A stretch of 64,000 bases of DNA, taken from IMG/VR virus record IMGVR_UViG_3300047499_000163. One strand, 5' to 3'. The notes below the pieces were generated by a model. That model was not told the origin of the DNA. It saw only the letters and a program-made list of their open reading frames with translations, and made no database searches. Origin of the DNA: an uncultured virus (IMG/VR IMGVR_UViG_3300047499_000163). Taxonomy: Duplodnaviria > Heunggongvirae > Uroviricota > Caudoviricetes. Shown in pieces: positions 47,170-60,213 of the stretch (its first letter is position 1; each line of letters opens with the position of its first letter). The position numbers were made by a program, and so were the translations under genes.

Positions 47170-47595
47170 TTATCCTTGGGTGAGGCACCACCAGATGATC
47201 GCATAGTGCGTCACGTGATGCACTCCTTGGTCGAGACCGAGTGACCACCAGAAGTGGTTGTTGCTCTTCCACTGAGCCTCGGTGGCTGTTGGAGCGGTAT
47301 CGCTCGTCAGCGGCTTGAAGCGGCCAAGATACTTCTTCGAAGCCTTGATCCGGTCCATTGTGAAATGGATAGTGGTGTCGAACAGTGCGAGAAAGATGGC
47401 CTTCCACCCCACGAGGAACCAGGTGATGGCAAAGGTCATCCCGCCGTGCACCGCGGCATGAGCCAGGAGCGGCAAGAAGAAGCTCCAGTCATCCCGGAAC
47501 TTGCCGAGCATGTAGCGACCCTGCAGCGGATAGTCGGCCAGCCAATGCTTGAGCTGATAGATGAGGACCAAGGCGAGCCAGTTTTTCATCCCCAT
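47170..47595 (-). CDS. DUF3307-like membrane protein
   Basis: HWLADYPLQ, H...H, HF..D..K, GLDQ..H. Confidence 0.8.
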   Translation of the reverse strand: MGMKNWLALVLIYQLKHWLADYPLQGRYMLGKFRDDWSFFLPLLAHAAVHGGMTFAITWFLVGWKAIFLALFDTTIHFTMDRIKASKKYLGRFKPLTSDTAPTATEAQWKSNNHFWWSLGLDQGVHHVTHYAIIWWCLTQG

Positions 47596-47912
47596 CTCCT
47601 GTGCGGAATACGGTTCTGCTCGACCTTACCCTCGAGAACGGTGTTCAAAGTGCGGGCTGCAAGGTCGAAGAGGTCGCCATCCGACCGACTCCAGCGATTG
47701 TAGAAATTCTGCTGGGTACGCCGGTCGTCGTCATTCACGCCGAGACGAACCAACTCCTCGACAAGCCAGTAGCCGATGCAGACAAGGTCTTTCGTGCGCG
47801 GATCACAGGCCCAGTTCGGAGCGCGACCCACGGCGTAAGGAGCGAATAGCCGCTCCCTATCCTGGTCAACCGACGTCCGAACTTCCTGTGCTGTGTATTT
47901 CTCTGTTCTCAC
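47586..47912 (-). CDS. hypothetical protein
   Basis: 108-aa ORF coupled to its neighbours. Confidence 0.55.
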   Translation of the reverse strand: MRTEKYTAQEVRTSVDQDRERLFAPYAVGRAPNWACDPRTKDLVCIGYWLVEELVRLGVNDDDRRTQQNFYNRWSRSDGDLFDLAARTLNTVLEGKVEQNRIPHRRWG

Positions 47913-48074
47913 TGAAAACGATAGCTTTGAGCGCCGCGATTTGTTCTTGTATCAGCGTCCCATCCGGGTCCGGCAGTTGCGCCGCGGCGCCTTTGACTTC
48001 CGAAATCTCGTACGCGCACTCAGCACAGATTGACGTGCCGGTTTGCCGGACCTCGCAGATGGGGCAGTCGTGGT

Positions 48075-48602
48075 TCATGAAAGCACGAGGTTGAGGGCGG
48101 CCAGTCCCTTCTCGTGGAAGGGCGTGATGTCGACGCCGTTCTTCATCTCGGCGAAAGCCTCCTCGTGCCACTCCTCGTGCGGCAAGATGCGGCGAAACGT
48201 GTCGCGGATGTCCGCCGGCGCACTCTCGTCGTTCGCGATTTCGCGAATGCGGTACAGGCGCATGTGCTCGGCGTGGAATCCCGCCGCTACCGCCTTCCCG
48301 AACGAGTCGACCGCGGGAAGCACTTCCTTCCAGTAGCGGCGCTCGGCCGAGGCGTTCTTCTCGGGCTTGATGCCCCGAGCATCGAGCAGACCCTTCATCC
48401 GGTGCCCATGCAACGCTTCCTGCTGCATGATTTTGTAGATGGTCTCCCACTGCTTCGGTGTCATGTCGGACCCGAAGCTGATGAGCAGCTCGGAGAGCAG
48501 ATTCACCGCGGCGAGTTCTCCCACGTATTGGCGCCGGAGCCACGCGTGGAGCTTCGCCTCGTCAGACTTCACTTCGTTCCACCACTGGTTGGTCGTCTTC
48601 AT
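48075..48602 (-). CDS. ferritin-like protein
   Basis: QY.GE, QE..H, HAE, I..HE..H. Confidence 0.75.
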   Translation of the reverse strand: MKTTNQWWNEVKSDEAKLHAWLRRQYVGELAAVNLLSELLISFGSDMTPKQWETIYKIMQQEALHGHRMKGLLDARGIKPEKNASAERRYWKEVLPAVDSFGKAVAAGFHAEHMRLYRIREIANDESAPADIRDTFRRILPHEEWHEEAFAEMKNGVDITPFHEKGLAALNLVLS

Positions 48603-48646
48603 GACTGACCTCCTTTGGAGAATGTAGGGTCGCAGGGCCAAGCAAG

Positions 48647-49030
48647 CTAGTTTCGCGACTTTCTCGAGCGCTCCAGATGCAAGAGCCGGAACGCGTTGAT
48701 CAAGCTCTCCATCGCGTCGTCGGAGAGTGCGTGCAGCTTCTCGGTCGGCTTCTTCTCCCCGAGATGGTGTATGTCGTACGGCTGAGCCGTCACCATCAGG
48801 CTCAGGCTGGGCTTGCCGATAGGTCGAACGTAATGCCACCCATCGGGTTCGATCATCTCGTAGCTCGACCCGGCCGTTAGCAGGACGGTCGCCGCTTCCG
48901 GCGGGCCCTTCTTGCCCACGCCGTAACCGATCCCCATCTCGTAGACGCCCGACAGCACGAGCACCGCGGACGGCCACGGATGCGGATGGAACAGCGCCTT
49001 GTCGCACGGCCAGATCCGGTGCAGAAACAT
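48647..49030 (-). CDS. cupin-fold protein
   Basis: LH.I..C....FHPHPW...G.YEM...WH.V. Confidence 0.65.
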   Translation of the reverse strand: MFLHRIWPCDKALFHPHPWPSAVLVLSGVYEMGIGYGVGKKGPPEAATVLLTAGSSYEMIEPDGWHYVRPIGKPSLSLMVTAQPYDIHHLGEKKPTEKLHALSDDAMESLINAFRLLHLERSRKSRN

Positions 49031-49121
49031 CCGGTACTCGCCGAATGGAGCCCAAAGCCTTCTTGGCTTCGGTCACGGTGCCACCTTCTCCAGCGATAGA
49101 ATTACGGGATAGAGCCCGAAT

Positions 49122-49991
49122 TTACGCCAGCTCGAGAACTGACTCCCCCGGACGGCTTGCACCGGGAGGCAGCACGCGGTTGATCTTGATGTCCGGACTC
49201 ATTGTCGACTCGCGGACGGCTTGAAGTCGCTCGAGAGGAATTGCGAAGTCGCCGTTCTTGAGGACCGACTTGAAGTCCTGGCCCACCACGCGGTCGGCGA
49301 TGAACTTCGACACGTGAGGAGGGACTGCACGATGGAACCTCACCGGGTTGCCGCGCGAAGCCCGCTTGGAGCCGAACACCACGGTGTGATCGACGCGGAC
49401 GTGCTCGGTCAGGTCCGGAGGCGCTCCGTTGTGGGCGTCGAGTGCCGGCGCAAAGAGCACCTTCTCATTCTGCGGTTCGAACCACCACAGCAGCGGATCG
49501 GGCTCCAACTCCTTGCGCGACTCGAAGCAGCACAGAGCGACGGGCCAACGCGGGTACCACTTGGCGTACGCGTCGAAAATCTCCTCGTTGAGATCCGGGC
49601 GCTTGTTCTCCGGCACGCGATCGAGCGCATTCGGGATGTCGCGCGCGTCGTCAGCGAGGACGACCGTGTACGCGTCGCTCTCGAACACGGACACGGCCCG
49701 GGAAGACCCGAGAGTGAGGCCCTTGGTCCCAAAGCCGCGAGTCAGCCGCGGCAAGTCGATGGCCGCAGCCAGATCGTTCATCATCCAACGCAAGCCCTCG
49801 CTTTCCAGGCAGTTGCGCGCGTCCATGGGCGCGCTTGCCGGGAAAGGCAGGATCATTGCATTGGGCCCGTTGAACCGATTCTTGGCTCGGTTCTGATACC
49901 CGATGACGTGCACGAGCTTGCCTTGATGCTCGGATTCACCGGAGTAGAGGATGGTCTTGGACAGCTCAGCAGGACGGAGTGTGCAACACAT
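49122..49991 (-). CDS. conserved hypothetical protein
   Basis: H...YQN...NAMILPFP...PALD.H.G..PD...V..DH. Confidence 0.7.
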   Translation of the reverse strand: MCCTLRPAELSKTILYSGESEHQGKLVHVIGYQNRAKNRFNGPNAMILPFPASAPMDARNCLESEGLRWMMNDLAAAIDLPRLTRGFGTKGLTLGSSRAVSVFESDAYTVVLADDARDIPNALDRVPENKRPDLNEEIFDAYAKWYPRWPVALCCFESRKELEPDPLLWWFEPQNEKVLFAPALDAHNGAPPDLTEHVRVDHTVVFGSKRASRGNPVRFHRAVPPHVSKFIADRVVGQDFKSVLKNGDFAIPLERLQAVRESTMSPDIKINRVLPPGASRPGESVLELA

Positions 49992-50009
49992 GGGCGGGAC
50001 AGTACACCT

Positions 50010-50822
50010 TCATGGTTTCTTGGAGTGAAGTTCCACCTCGTGAACCATCAAGTGGTTGACGATAGTGTAACCCCAGCCACGTTGGAACACGCCCAGGTAC
50101 TTGATGAACTCCGGGATTTGCGGATACTTGTTGTCCATCAGTGTCAACCGGCGTTCCCACTCACCAATTGTTCTTATGTAGCTGGTGGTGTGGTCGAGAG
50201 TTGACATTACTCGCAGTCCAGCGGCGTTACAGTGCTCGAAGTGCGCAGGAAGTGAGTCGATTTGCGCAAACCCGAACACTTTTTGCTGCACGAATTTCGT
50301 CAGCGGGTGGTCCTTGTGCTTCTGGAACACGGCTTCGCTGAGGAAGAACGTGTCCTCGATGATGAGCTTGCCAGTGGCACGAAGTAGCCGCGCACACTCG
50401 CGGAGCATGCGAGGCTTGTCCTTGACGTGGCACCAGGCTCCCATCGCAATGATCGCGTCGAACGATTGCGGCTCGAGCTTCGGGGCCTCTTCTTCAAAGA
50501 TACCCGGCACGACGTGCACCTTGTACTCGTTTGCGATGTAGGCGTTCTGCACAGCGGACGGGCTGATGCCGACGTACGCGGTGTCAATGTTCCGGTTACG
50601 GAGCCGCCTGATGAGGCTCCCCCAGCCGGGCCCAATCTCGAGAACGCGCGGCGCCTTGGGCAGCTGAGTTTCGTCGATGATGCGGTCCAGCATTCGCACG
50701 GCCGCGGACCCGAGGTTGTCGCCTCGTTCCCACAAGCCGCAAGAATACTTCATATAGGGATCGAGAAACTCCTTGAAGAATTGCACTTCAAGGTCGTAGT
50801 GCTGCTCGGTTTCGTGCGCCAT
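50010..50822 (-). CDS. cyclopropane-fatty-acid-synthase-like SAM methyltransferase
   Basis: HYD....F...LDP.M.YSC, VLEIGPGWG, S..Q. Confidence 0.82.
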   Translation of the reverse strand: MAHETEQHYDLEVQFFKEFLDPYMKYSCGLWERGDNLGSAAVRMLDRIIDETQLPKAPRVLEIGPGWGSLIRRLRNRNIDTAYVGISPSAVQNAYIANEYKVHVVPGIFEEEAPKLEPQSFDAIIAMGAWCHVKDKPRMLRECARLLRATGKLIIEDTFFLSEAVFQKHKDHPLTKFVQQKVFGFAQIDSLPAHFEHCNAAGLRVMSTLDHTTSYIRTIGEWERRLTLMDNKYPQIPEFIKYLGVFQRGWGYTIVNHLMVHEVELHSKKP

Positions 50823-50839
50823 ACGCGCACAATACACTG

Positions 50840-51235
50840 TCAGCGAAGGGTGACTTCGCAGCCGGCGTCGCGCAGCTTCTTGACGAGTTCTTCGGCGTCG
50901 GCCTTGCCCAGCCCTTCCTTGAGGATGATGGACTTGGCGCTCACTTGGTCGACGAGATCCTTCGCTTCCTTGAGGCCGAGACCGATGGTGTCTCGCACGA
51001 CCTTGATGGCAGCGATCTTCTTGTCAGCCGGAACGCCAGTGATGATCACCGAGAACTCGGTCTGCTCCGAGTCGACGTTGGTCGGGACGCCGAGAAGTGG
51101 TACGGGCGCCTCGAACTGCGCCGGGCGTGCAGACACTCCCCACTTGGTCTCCAGCTCGGCGATCAGCGAGCACAGCTCCATGACCGGCATGTTGCTCAGG
51201 AAATCGACGACTTGCTCACGAGTGACTTCGGACAT
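50840..51235 (-). CDS. rplL: 50S ribosomal protein bL12 (L7/L12)
   Basis: LE.KWGVSA, EQTEF.V, KKI..IK.VR...GLGLKEAKDLV. Confidence 0.93.
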   Translation of the reverse strand: MSEVTREQVVDFLSNMPVMELCSLIAELETKWGVSARPAQFEAPVPLLGVPTNVDSEQTEFSVIITGVPADKKIAAIKVVRDTIGLGLKEAKDLVDQVSAKSIILKEGLGKADAEELVKKLRDAGCEVTLR

Positions 51236-51279
51236 GGCTCAACCTCGGAAACGGGACTCTACAACAAAGAAGATGAGAC

Positions 51280-51690
51280 TTACAGCTCCATCACTTCCTG
51301 GACGATCGCCATCGCTTCGAGCCACTGCACGGCCGCGCCGGGAATCTCTCGAGCGAACTGTCGCTTCAACTCAGGCGAGCTGTGCCGGAGCACGACTTGC
51401 TGGAGCCTGCGGACGTTAGCTCCCTCGATATCTCGCGCGAACAGGAACGCCGCTTTAGCGAACTCGCAACGGATGACGAGCCGTTGCAACCTCTTGATGT
51501 CGATGTTCCTACCTTGCCAGCGCTTGGCAAAGAAGTATGCGCACATCGAGTCGGCTTCACCCCGACTATTGGTGATGTACGGCCACGGGTAGTTGTAATC
51601 GGCGCCTTCGCGGTCTAGAACCGCCCTATACTGCACTTCCAACCTGCGCGTGAGCGCAGGTTTCTTTGCTCGACCCAAGACACACCTCAC
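51280..51690 (-). CDS. hypothetical repeat protein (start uncertain)
   Basis: [16 protein letters not shown] repeats; ends IVQEVMEL. Confidence 0.6.
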   Translation of the reverse strand: MRCVLGRAKKPALTRRLEVQYRAVLDREGADYNYPWPYITNSRGEADSMCAYFFAKRWQGRNIDIKRLQRLVIRCEFAKAAFLFARDIEGANVRRLQQVVLRHSSPELKRQFAREIPGAAVQWLEAMAIVQEVMEL

Positions 51691-52642
51691 TGCCTAGAGA
51701 CTTAGCATCTGACCTCCTTCTCCTGGGCAGTGAGTAGCATGAGGAGCATGACGTGAGTTTACACCACGGAAGCTCGACCGTCAACTGGTCATGACCATTG
51801 CCGACGTGGAACGTCTTGCGAGCGTCTTCGAGGAAGTCCGGCCAGAGATTATCGCCGACGTGCTTTTTGTACAGGTCGAGCGCGTTCGTCTGCAGGGCGC
51901 TATTGCCACCCGTCCTGGCCACTACGCGCGAAGCCGCGTAGGAAGCCGAAATGCAGAGTGCCTCCGAACCGACGAGTGGCTTGCCGAGGAGCGAAATCTT
52001 CTCCGGCGGTCCGTTGCCCATCCAGGGCTTGGCCGGGTCGGAGGGGAACTTGTAGTCGTCGCCCTCGAACACCGCAATCCAGTCGCCGTAGCGGCCATCC
52101 TTGTCGACATAGATGATGCCGAAGCGGCCACCCTGCTTCATGCACTCCATGCTGCCGTCGAACGGGAGCTTGGCGCGGTTGTGGAACGTCTCGTACGGGG
52201 GTCCGGACGGGCCGGTTACGCCGATGGGACCGGTAGGTCCGATTGGGCCGGTGAACCCGCGAATCCCGGTTACGCCGGCTGGACCTGTCGGACCGATCGT
52301 GCCTGTCGGCCCGGTCGGACCAGCAGCTTTCGGGATGTTGACGGGCTGAGGCTTGATCTGCGGCTCTTCTTCGGGGCCGGTAGGAACCATGTCCGATTGT
52401 ACAAGCGGATGGCGGGCGCGCTCTCGGGTTGTCGGAGGCTCCTCCGTAAACTCCCCTCGAGCAGCCTTGCGCACGCGATCCACGAGTGAGTCGAGTGACT
52501 CGTCGATCCGTCGTTCGATTCCGATGCTTTGAGCCAGCCCAGTTAGGCGTTCGGTGGCCTCCTGGATCTGCTTGTGATGCAGTTCCAAGAAGTGCTCCAT
52601 TAGCAGCAGGACTGCCTCAACGTCGACAGAGTCCGGCATCAC
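51626..52642 (-). CDS. hypothetical protein with short collagen repeat
   Basis: GPTGPTG run. Confidence 0.65.
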   Translation of the reverse strand: MMPDSVDVEAVLLLMEHFLELHHKQIQEATERLTGLAQSIGIERRIDESLDSLVDRVRKAARGEFTEEPPTTRERARHPLVQSDMVPTGPEEEPQIKPQPVNIPKAAGPTGPTGTIGPTGPAGVTGIRGFTGPIGPTGPIGVTGPSGPPYETFHNRAKLPFDGSMECMKQGGRFGIIYVDKDGRYGDWIAVFEGDDYKFPSDPAKPWMGNGPPEKISLLGKPLVGSEALCISASYAASRVVARTGGNSALQTNALDLYKKHVGDNLWPDFLEDARKTFHVGNGHDQLTVELPWCKLTSCSSCYSLPRRRRSDAKSLGSEVCLGSSKETCAHAQVGSAV

Positions 52643-52693
52643 TCTTTCCCGTCGACCACAGCCCTAGGGTCCTGATGGAGCGTTCCTGGCAGA

Positions 52694-56008
<3,315 letters not shown>

Positions 56009-56039
56009 GCTGCCACGTTCTTTATGAGGGCCCTCGAGT

Positions 56040-58004
56040 ATGGGCGTCAGCGTAGCCGCAAGCCGACAGACTTCGGCCAACCCTAATATCATCCTAGGGT
56101 CAGTCGTTGTCACGTCCACGGCGGCGCTGACAGACCCAAGCTCCGCAGTATTCGCGAACCTCACGACTATTCGGCAGCAGCTCGGAGCGCCGGCGACTTT
56201 CGTCATCTCGAATCTGCAGTTCGTACAGGTCACTCAGCCTTCGGGCCTGACGTACGTCTACACGTTCAACATTTCGATGACTGCGTCGGGAACAGCGGCG
56301 CAGCCACTCTTTGGGCCTCGAGGTCAAGTCGGTCCAATTGGCCCACCCGGTCCGATCGGCGCAACCGGAGCGCAAGGAACGACCGGCAGCGTCGGTCCTC
56401 AGGGTCCAATCGGACCGCCTGGGCAAACTGGGTCCATAGGCCCGCAAGGTCCGCAAGGCAATCCGGGACCAGCGGGTCCGCAAGGACCGGTCGGTCCGCA
56501 AGGTCCAACTGGTGGTTTCGGTCCGCAAGGTCCGACCGGCGTGCAGGGTCCGACCGGTCCTGCTGGATTCCAAGGGTTCTTTGGCGAGCTTGCCGCTGTG
56601 GCCGGTGCAGGACAAACGCTCACCAACGCTGGCCAGTTTTATCTTGTCACGCAGTGGAATGCCGTGGGCGAGTCCTACGGCATATCTGTGTCGCTGGCGA
56701 ACAGCAACATGGTCGTCGAGAATTCTGGCAGTTACAGTTGCCAATTCTCTGGATCGATCACAACGTCGAACGCTGGTGTTGTTGTCACAGTCGGCTTCTT
56801 CGTCAACGGGATACAGCACACGCTCCATGTCGGAAAAGCCAAGACAGAAGGCGTTGGCGATATCGTCTTCATTGGTGACGTTGCCCTCCCGGCACTCAGT
56901 GTCGGCGACGTCCTTGATTACAGATTCGCGTGCGACACTCCCGGAACGACCGTCACCCTCACAGACGGAACTTTCGCTGTCTACACGATAGGCGGCGTCG
57001 GCACTGGAACTACCGGACCGCAAGGAGTCACCGGGCCGGTCGGAAATACCGGACCTCAGGGAGCGACGGGCCCCGGATTCACAGGTCCGACTGGTCCCAC
57101 GGGCGCTGTTGGTCCTCAGGGCGCCACAGGGCCGCAAGGAGCGACTGGGCCGCAAGGCGCCACGGGTTCCACGGGGCCAACTGGCGCCACAGGTCCGGTA
57201 GGTCCGCAGGGTGCAACCGGACCACAAGGCGCAACCGGAGTTGGACCACAAGGACCGACCGGGCCGCAAGGTACAACGGGATCTACGGGGCCGCAAGGCG
57301 CGACGGGTCCTCAGGGCGCCACGGGCCCCGGATTCACAGGTCCGACTGGTCCAACAGGGCCGCAGGGAGCGATTGGTCCACAAGGATCGACCGGCGTCCA
57401 AGGACCGACTGGCGCCACAGGTCCGGTAGGTCCGCAGGGTGCTACCGGACCACAAGGTGCCACGGGTTTGCAGGGACCCCAAGGAGTCACCGGAGTCACA
57501 GGGCCGCAGGGAGCGATTGGTCCACAAGGATCGACCGGCGTCCAAGGACCGACTGGTGTGCAAGGCCCTACAGGGCCTGCTAACGGCGGAACGATCACCC
57601 AGTTCGAGCTGCCGATCATTGCGACTCAAGCAGGGACCTCATCTTCGACCATGACACGTTTGGGCGGACGAAGCATCGATATGTCGGCTTACCCGCCGAT
57701 CGTAAACGCGACCAACAGACATATCAGGCTCGCTCTCGACGCACAGTCGACCAACGGCTCGGCAACGGTCTCAGTCCAACTCCAGGACGTGACCGACAAC
57801 GCCACCATTACGGGCGCCACGTTCACCACTTCCAACGTCGCGGCGACGTACTTCACTACGTCGGACCTGACGGTCGGTTCCTCGGCCGGCAACATTCGAA
57901 ACGACAAGATCGCGCAGTACGAGCTTCAGGGGTCGATTATGGGCGGCGGACCCAGCGACCAGGCCATTGTCGTCAACGCTCGTCTCGTCATCTTCTACGC
58001 CTAA
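56040..58004 (+). CDS. collagen-like fibre protein
   Basis: Two long GXY tracts; N-terminus similar to that of 12663-14177. Confidence 0.85.
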   Translation: MGVSVAASRQTSANPNIILGSVVVTSTAALTDPSSAVFANLTTIRQQLGAPATFVISNLQFVQVTQPSGLTYVYTFNISMTASGTAAQPLFGPRGQVGPIGPPGPIGATGAQGTTGSVGPQGPIGPPGQTGSIGPQGPQGNPGPAGPQGPVGPQGPTGGFGPQGPTGVQGPTGPAGFQGFFGELAAVAGAGQTLTNAGQFYLVTQWNAVGESYGISVSLANSNMVVENSGSYSCQFSGSITTSNAGVVVTVGFFVNGIQHTLHVGKAKTEGVGDIVFIGDVALPALSVGDVLDYRFACDTPGTTVTLTDGTFAVYTIGGVGTGTTGPQGVTGPVGNTGPQGATGPGFTGPTGPTGAVGPQGATGPQGATGPQGATGSTGPTGATGPVGPQGATGPQGATGVGPQGPTGPQGTTGSTGPQGATGPQGATGPGFTGPTGPTGPQGAIGPQGSTGVQGPTGATGPVGPQGATGPQGATGLQGPQGVTGVTGPQGAIGPQGSTGVQGPTGVQGPTGPANGGTITQFELPIIATQAGTSSSTMTRLGGRSIDMSAYPPIVNATNRHIRLALDAQSTNGSATVSVQLQDVTDNATITGATFTTSNVAATYFTTSDLTVGSSAGNIRNDKIAQYELQGSIMGGGPSDQAIVVNARLVIFYA

Positions 58005-58237
58005 GACTCCATGATGCGGTAGACGATTTCGAGGTCGCACTCGTCGATCGGGTGACTCGGCCAGTCTTTGGGGAAGTAGCCGCCACAACGTTTGCACTTC
58101 TGACCAGCGATCTGCATGTAGTCGCGCTGGTTCATATAGATGCGCGAAGGCTTCAGGTCCTGCTTGTTGATGATGTCGAAAGCTTCCTGCAGAGCTTTCT
58201 TGGTCAGCGGGCCACTGTCGTCATGACTACATGACAT
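58001..58237 (-). CDS. small Zn-finger protein
   Basis: CKRC...H...C; ends IVYRIMES. Confidence 0.65.
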   Translation of the reverse strand: MSCSHDDSGPLTKKALQEAFDIINKQDLKPSRIYMNQRDYMQIAGQKCKRCGGYFPKDWPSHPIDECDLEIVYRIMES

Positions 58238-58268
58238 CCGAAACCAGTACCAGGTTCGGAGCCAGTCC

Positions 58269-58595
58269 CTAGAACATCGGGGAAGAGAGCTTCAAGATCT
58301 CGTCGAGATTGAGCTTCTCGATGTTCTTCTTCGCGTCCTCCCACATGCCGTCCGAGATGAGATAGCCCTTGATGAACTTGTGGATCCGTTCCTCGAACTC
58401 AATGAACGCGTCACGATAGGCGTCCAGATTCTGAAGATAATCGGAGTACTCGAACTTGACTCCACTCACCCAGTTCGGCCTGCCGTTCAGAATCCAAATA
58501 CCGCGCAGCAAACACGCCGCGGCAACACCAGCACGTTGTTTCTGTTCCTTGTCGGCCTGGTGATGCGAATCACGGAGCCAAGTGTCATAGCTCAT
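58269..58595 (-). CDS. hypothetical protein
   Basis: 108 aa, translationally coupled. Confidence 0.6.
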   Translation of the reverse strand: MSYDTWLRDSHHQADKEQKQRAGVAAACLLRGIWILNGRPNWVSGVKFEYSDYLQNLDAYRDAFIEFEERIHKFIKGYLISDGMWEDAKKNIEKLNLDEILKLSSPMF

Positions 58596-58897
58596 TTCCG
58601 TCCCGGAGGTTTGAGCGGCTTGGGCATGTCCTCATAAGGCAAGTGCACTTCTTTGCCTCGAGGGACCATGCCGGAACTGACGAGATTGGCCGTGACTTCA
58701 GCGTCCAGCTCGAGGCGGTCGAAGACGTCTTTGGCCCAGTCTCTCTGGATGACTGAAAGTTTGCCGCCTGACCGGATGTTGCGAAGCATACCGTCGAATG
58801 CTCCGCGTTCTTTGTCCGTCAGACGGTCATCTCGCAGAAGCGCTGCAAGCACCTCCGCGTCAGACAGCGGGGACGAATTCGATCCCCAATTTCTCAT
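58592..58897 (-). CDS. hypothetical phage protein
   Basis: LS..Q..W...NLVS.G.VPRG...P.PLKPP. Confidence 0.65.
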   Translation of the reverse strand: MRNWGSNSSPLSDAEVLAALLRDDRLTDKERGAFDGMLRNIRSGGKLSVIQRDWAKDVFDRLELDAEVTANLVSSGMVPRGKEVHLPYEDMPKPLKPPGRK

Positions 58898-59207
58898 GCG
58901 GTGGCTCCGGTGAAAACTCTATTACGAGGTACTTCAGTGGCTTATCCAGCGTTGCGGTCACCTGCACCTGGATGAAGTCCAGAGGTTCCTCGTGGATATA
59001 GCGAACGAGTTTCATGTCCTCGTCCTCCTCGATGACCTCCACGAAGATGGCCGCTGACGTCACGTTGCGCAGCTGAGCCTCGACCGCCTGCTTCACGCGG
59101 GCGATGAGTTCGTTCGAGCTGCTGCCCGAGTAGTCGTAGGCAGCCGCTTCCGCTGCGCCGCGCGCCACATTCCGCATGTCGGCGACAGTAACTAACAAAA
59201 AAACCAA
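58860..59207 (-). CDS. hypothetical protein (start uncertain)
   Basis: Protein-like ORF. Confidence 0.5.
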   Translation of the reverse strand: MVFLLVTVADMRNVARGAAEAAAYDYSGSSSNELIARVKQAVEAQLRNVTSAAIFVEVIEEDEDMKLVRYIHEEPLDFIQVQVTATLDKPLKYLVIEFSPEPPHEKLGIEFVPAV

Positions 59208-59228
59208 TTCCCACGCCCTACTTTACGC

Positions 59229-59816
59229 TTACGCAGCGCGTCTCTCTGCAGGCGTGAGATTCGTGACGTTGGCTATACGGTGGAAGCCGTCCGGGTCGGT
59301 CTCGAGGAAGAGTTTCTGAGCGAGCATTGTGTCAGCGTCCGGCACATACTCCCTCGGGTGTATGCAGAACTGCCGGATCGCCTGGCCGTCCTTGTCGATC
59401 TGCTGGACGTTGCCAGATCTTCCGCGCGAGATTTTGTACTTCTCGCCTCGAACTTCGACGAAGAAGTGATTCTTCGTCCGAAGATCTTCCCGCTGCTGCT
59501 CGTTCAGATGACGCACGAGGAGCGCCTCGGCCCTCTCCTTGGCCTCCTGCTCCTCGCGGCGCCTCTTCTCTTCGGCCTCTCTGCGCTCGCGTTCTGCTCG
59601 CTGTCGCTCTTCCTCGCGGCGCGCGTGGATGGCCCGGACTGCAGACTCTATCTGTTCGTTGACGACAGACAGAGTCTGCTCGTCCATCCGGTCGGAGATA
59701 AACGGCGACCAGATAGCCTGCAGCTGATCGTGCGTCAGCTCGGGTGGGCGCGAGACGGTGAGAGTCTGAGCCTCAGGACACCACTCGGCCCACTTCTTGG
59801 ACTGAGTGTCGGGCAT
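59229..59816 (-). CDS. coiled-coil protein with C-terminal CxHP domain
   Basis: FCIHP...P..D.MLAQKL.LETD...F...AN. Confidence 0.7.
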   Translation of the reverse strand: MPDTQSKKWAEWCPEAQTLTVSRPPELTHDQLQAIWSPFISDRMDEQTLSVVNEQIESAVRAIHARREEERQRAERERREAEEKRRREEQEAKERAEALLVRHLNEQQREDLRTKNHFFVEVRGEKYKISRGRSGNVQQIDKDGQAIRQFCIHPREYVPDADTMLAQKLFLETDPDGFHRIANVTNLTPAERRAA

Positions 59817-59819
59817 TGT

Positions 59820-60101
59820 TCAGCCCCCGGCCAGAGCCGGATGGAAGACGTAGGCGCCGGCCTCCGGGTCGAACTCCTTGACCTGGTCGCCCTTGCTGTT
59901 GTCCTTCGGATTCATCTTGTAGGCCGTGTAACGCTCCGAGATGAGCTTGTTGAACAGCGTCCTGGCGGCGTCGACTTCAACGGTCTTGGTCTTGTCCCAC
60001 TTGTGCTCGACGTGACCACTGGTCCCCATCACCTCGAAATGGATGAGGTTCTCGGGCGAAATCGCGGGCTTGACGGATTCGACGACGGGGCTCGTGTTCA
60101 T
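59820..60101 (-). CDS. putative ubiquitin-like protein (C-terminal GG)
   Basis: 93 aa ending PALAGG-stop; SD AGGAG. Confidence 0.65.
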   Translation of the reverse strand: MNTSPVVESVKPAISPENLIHFEVMGTSGHVEHKWDKTKTVEVDAARTLFNKLISERYTAYKMNPKDNSKGDQVKEFDPEAGAYVFHPALAGG

Positions 60102-60213
60102 CTGCGTTTCTCCTATAGGTATCTGACTCGAGGGCAAGCACACCTTACAGCGAAGGAGGTAGTATTTCCAAAGAACCCGCTGAAGTCTTCATGGACCACT
60201 AGAACGAAGGCCA

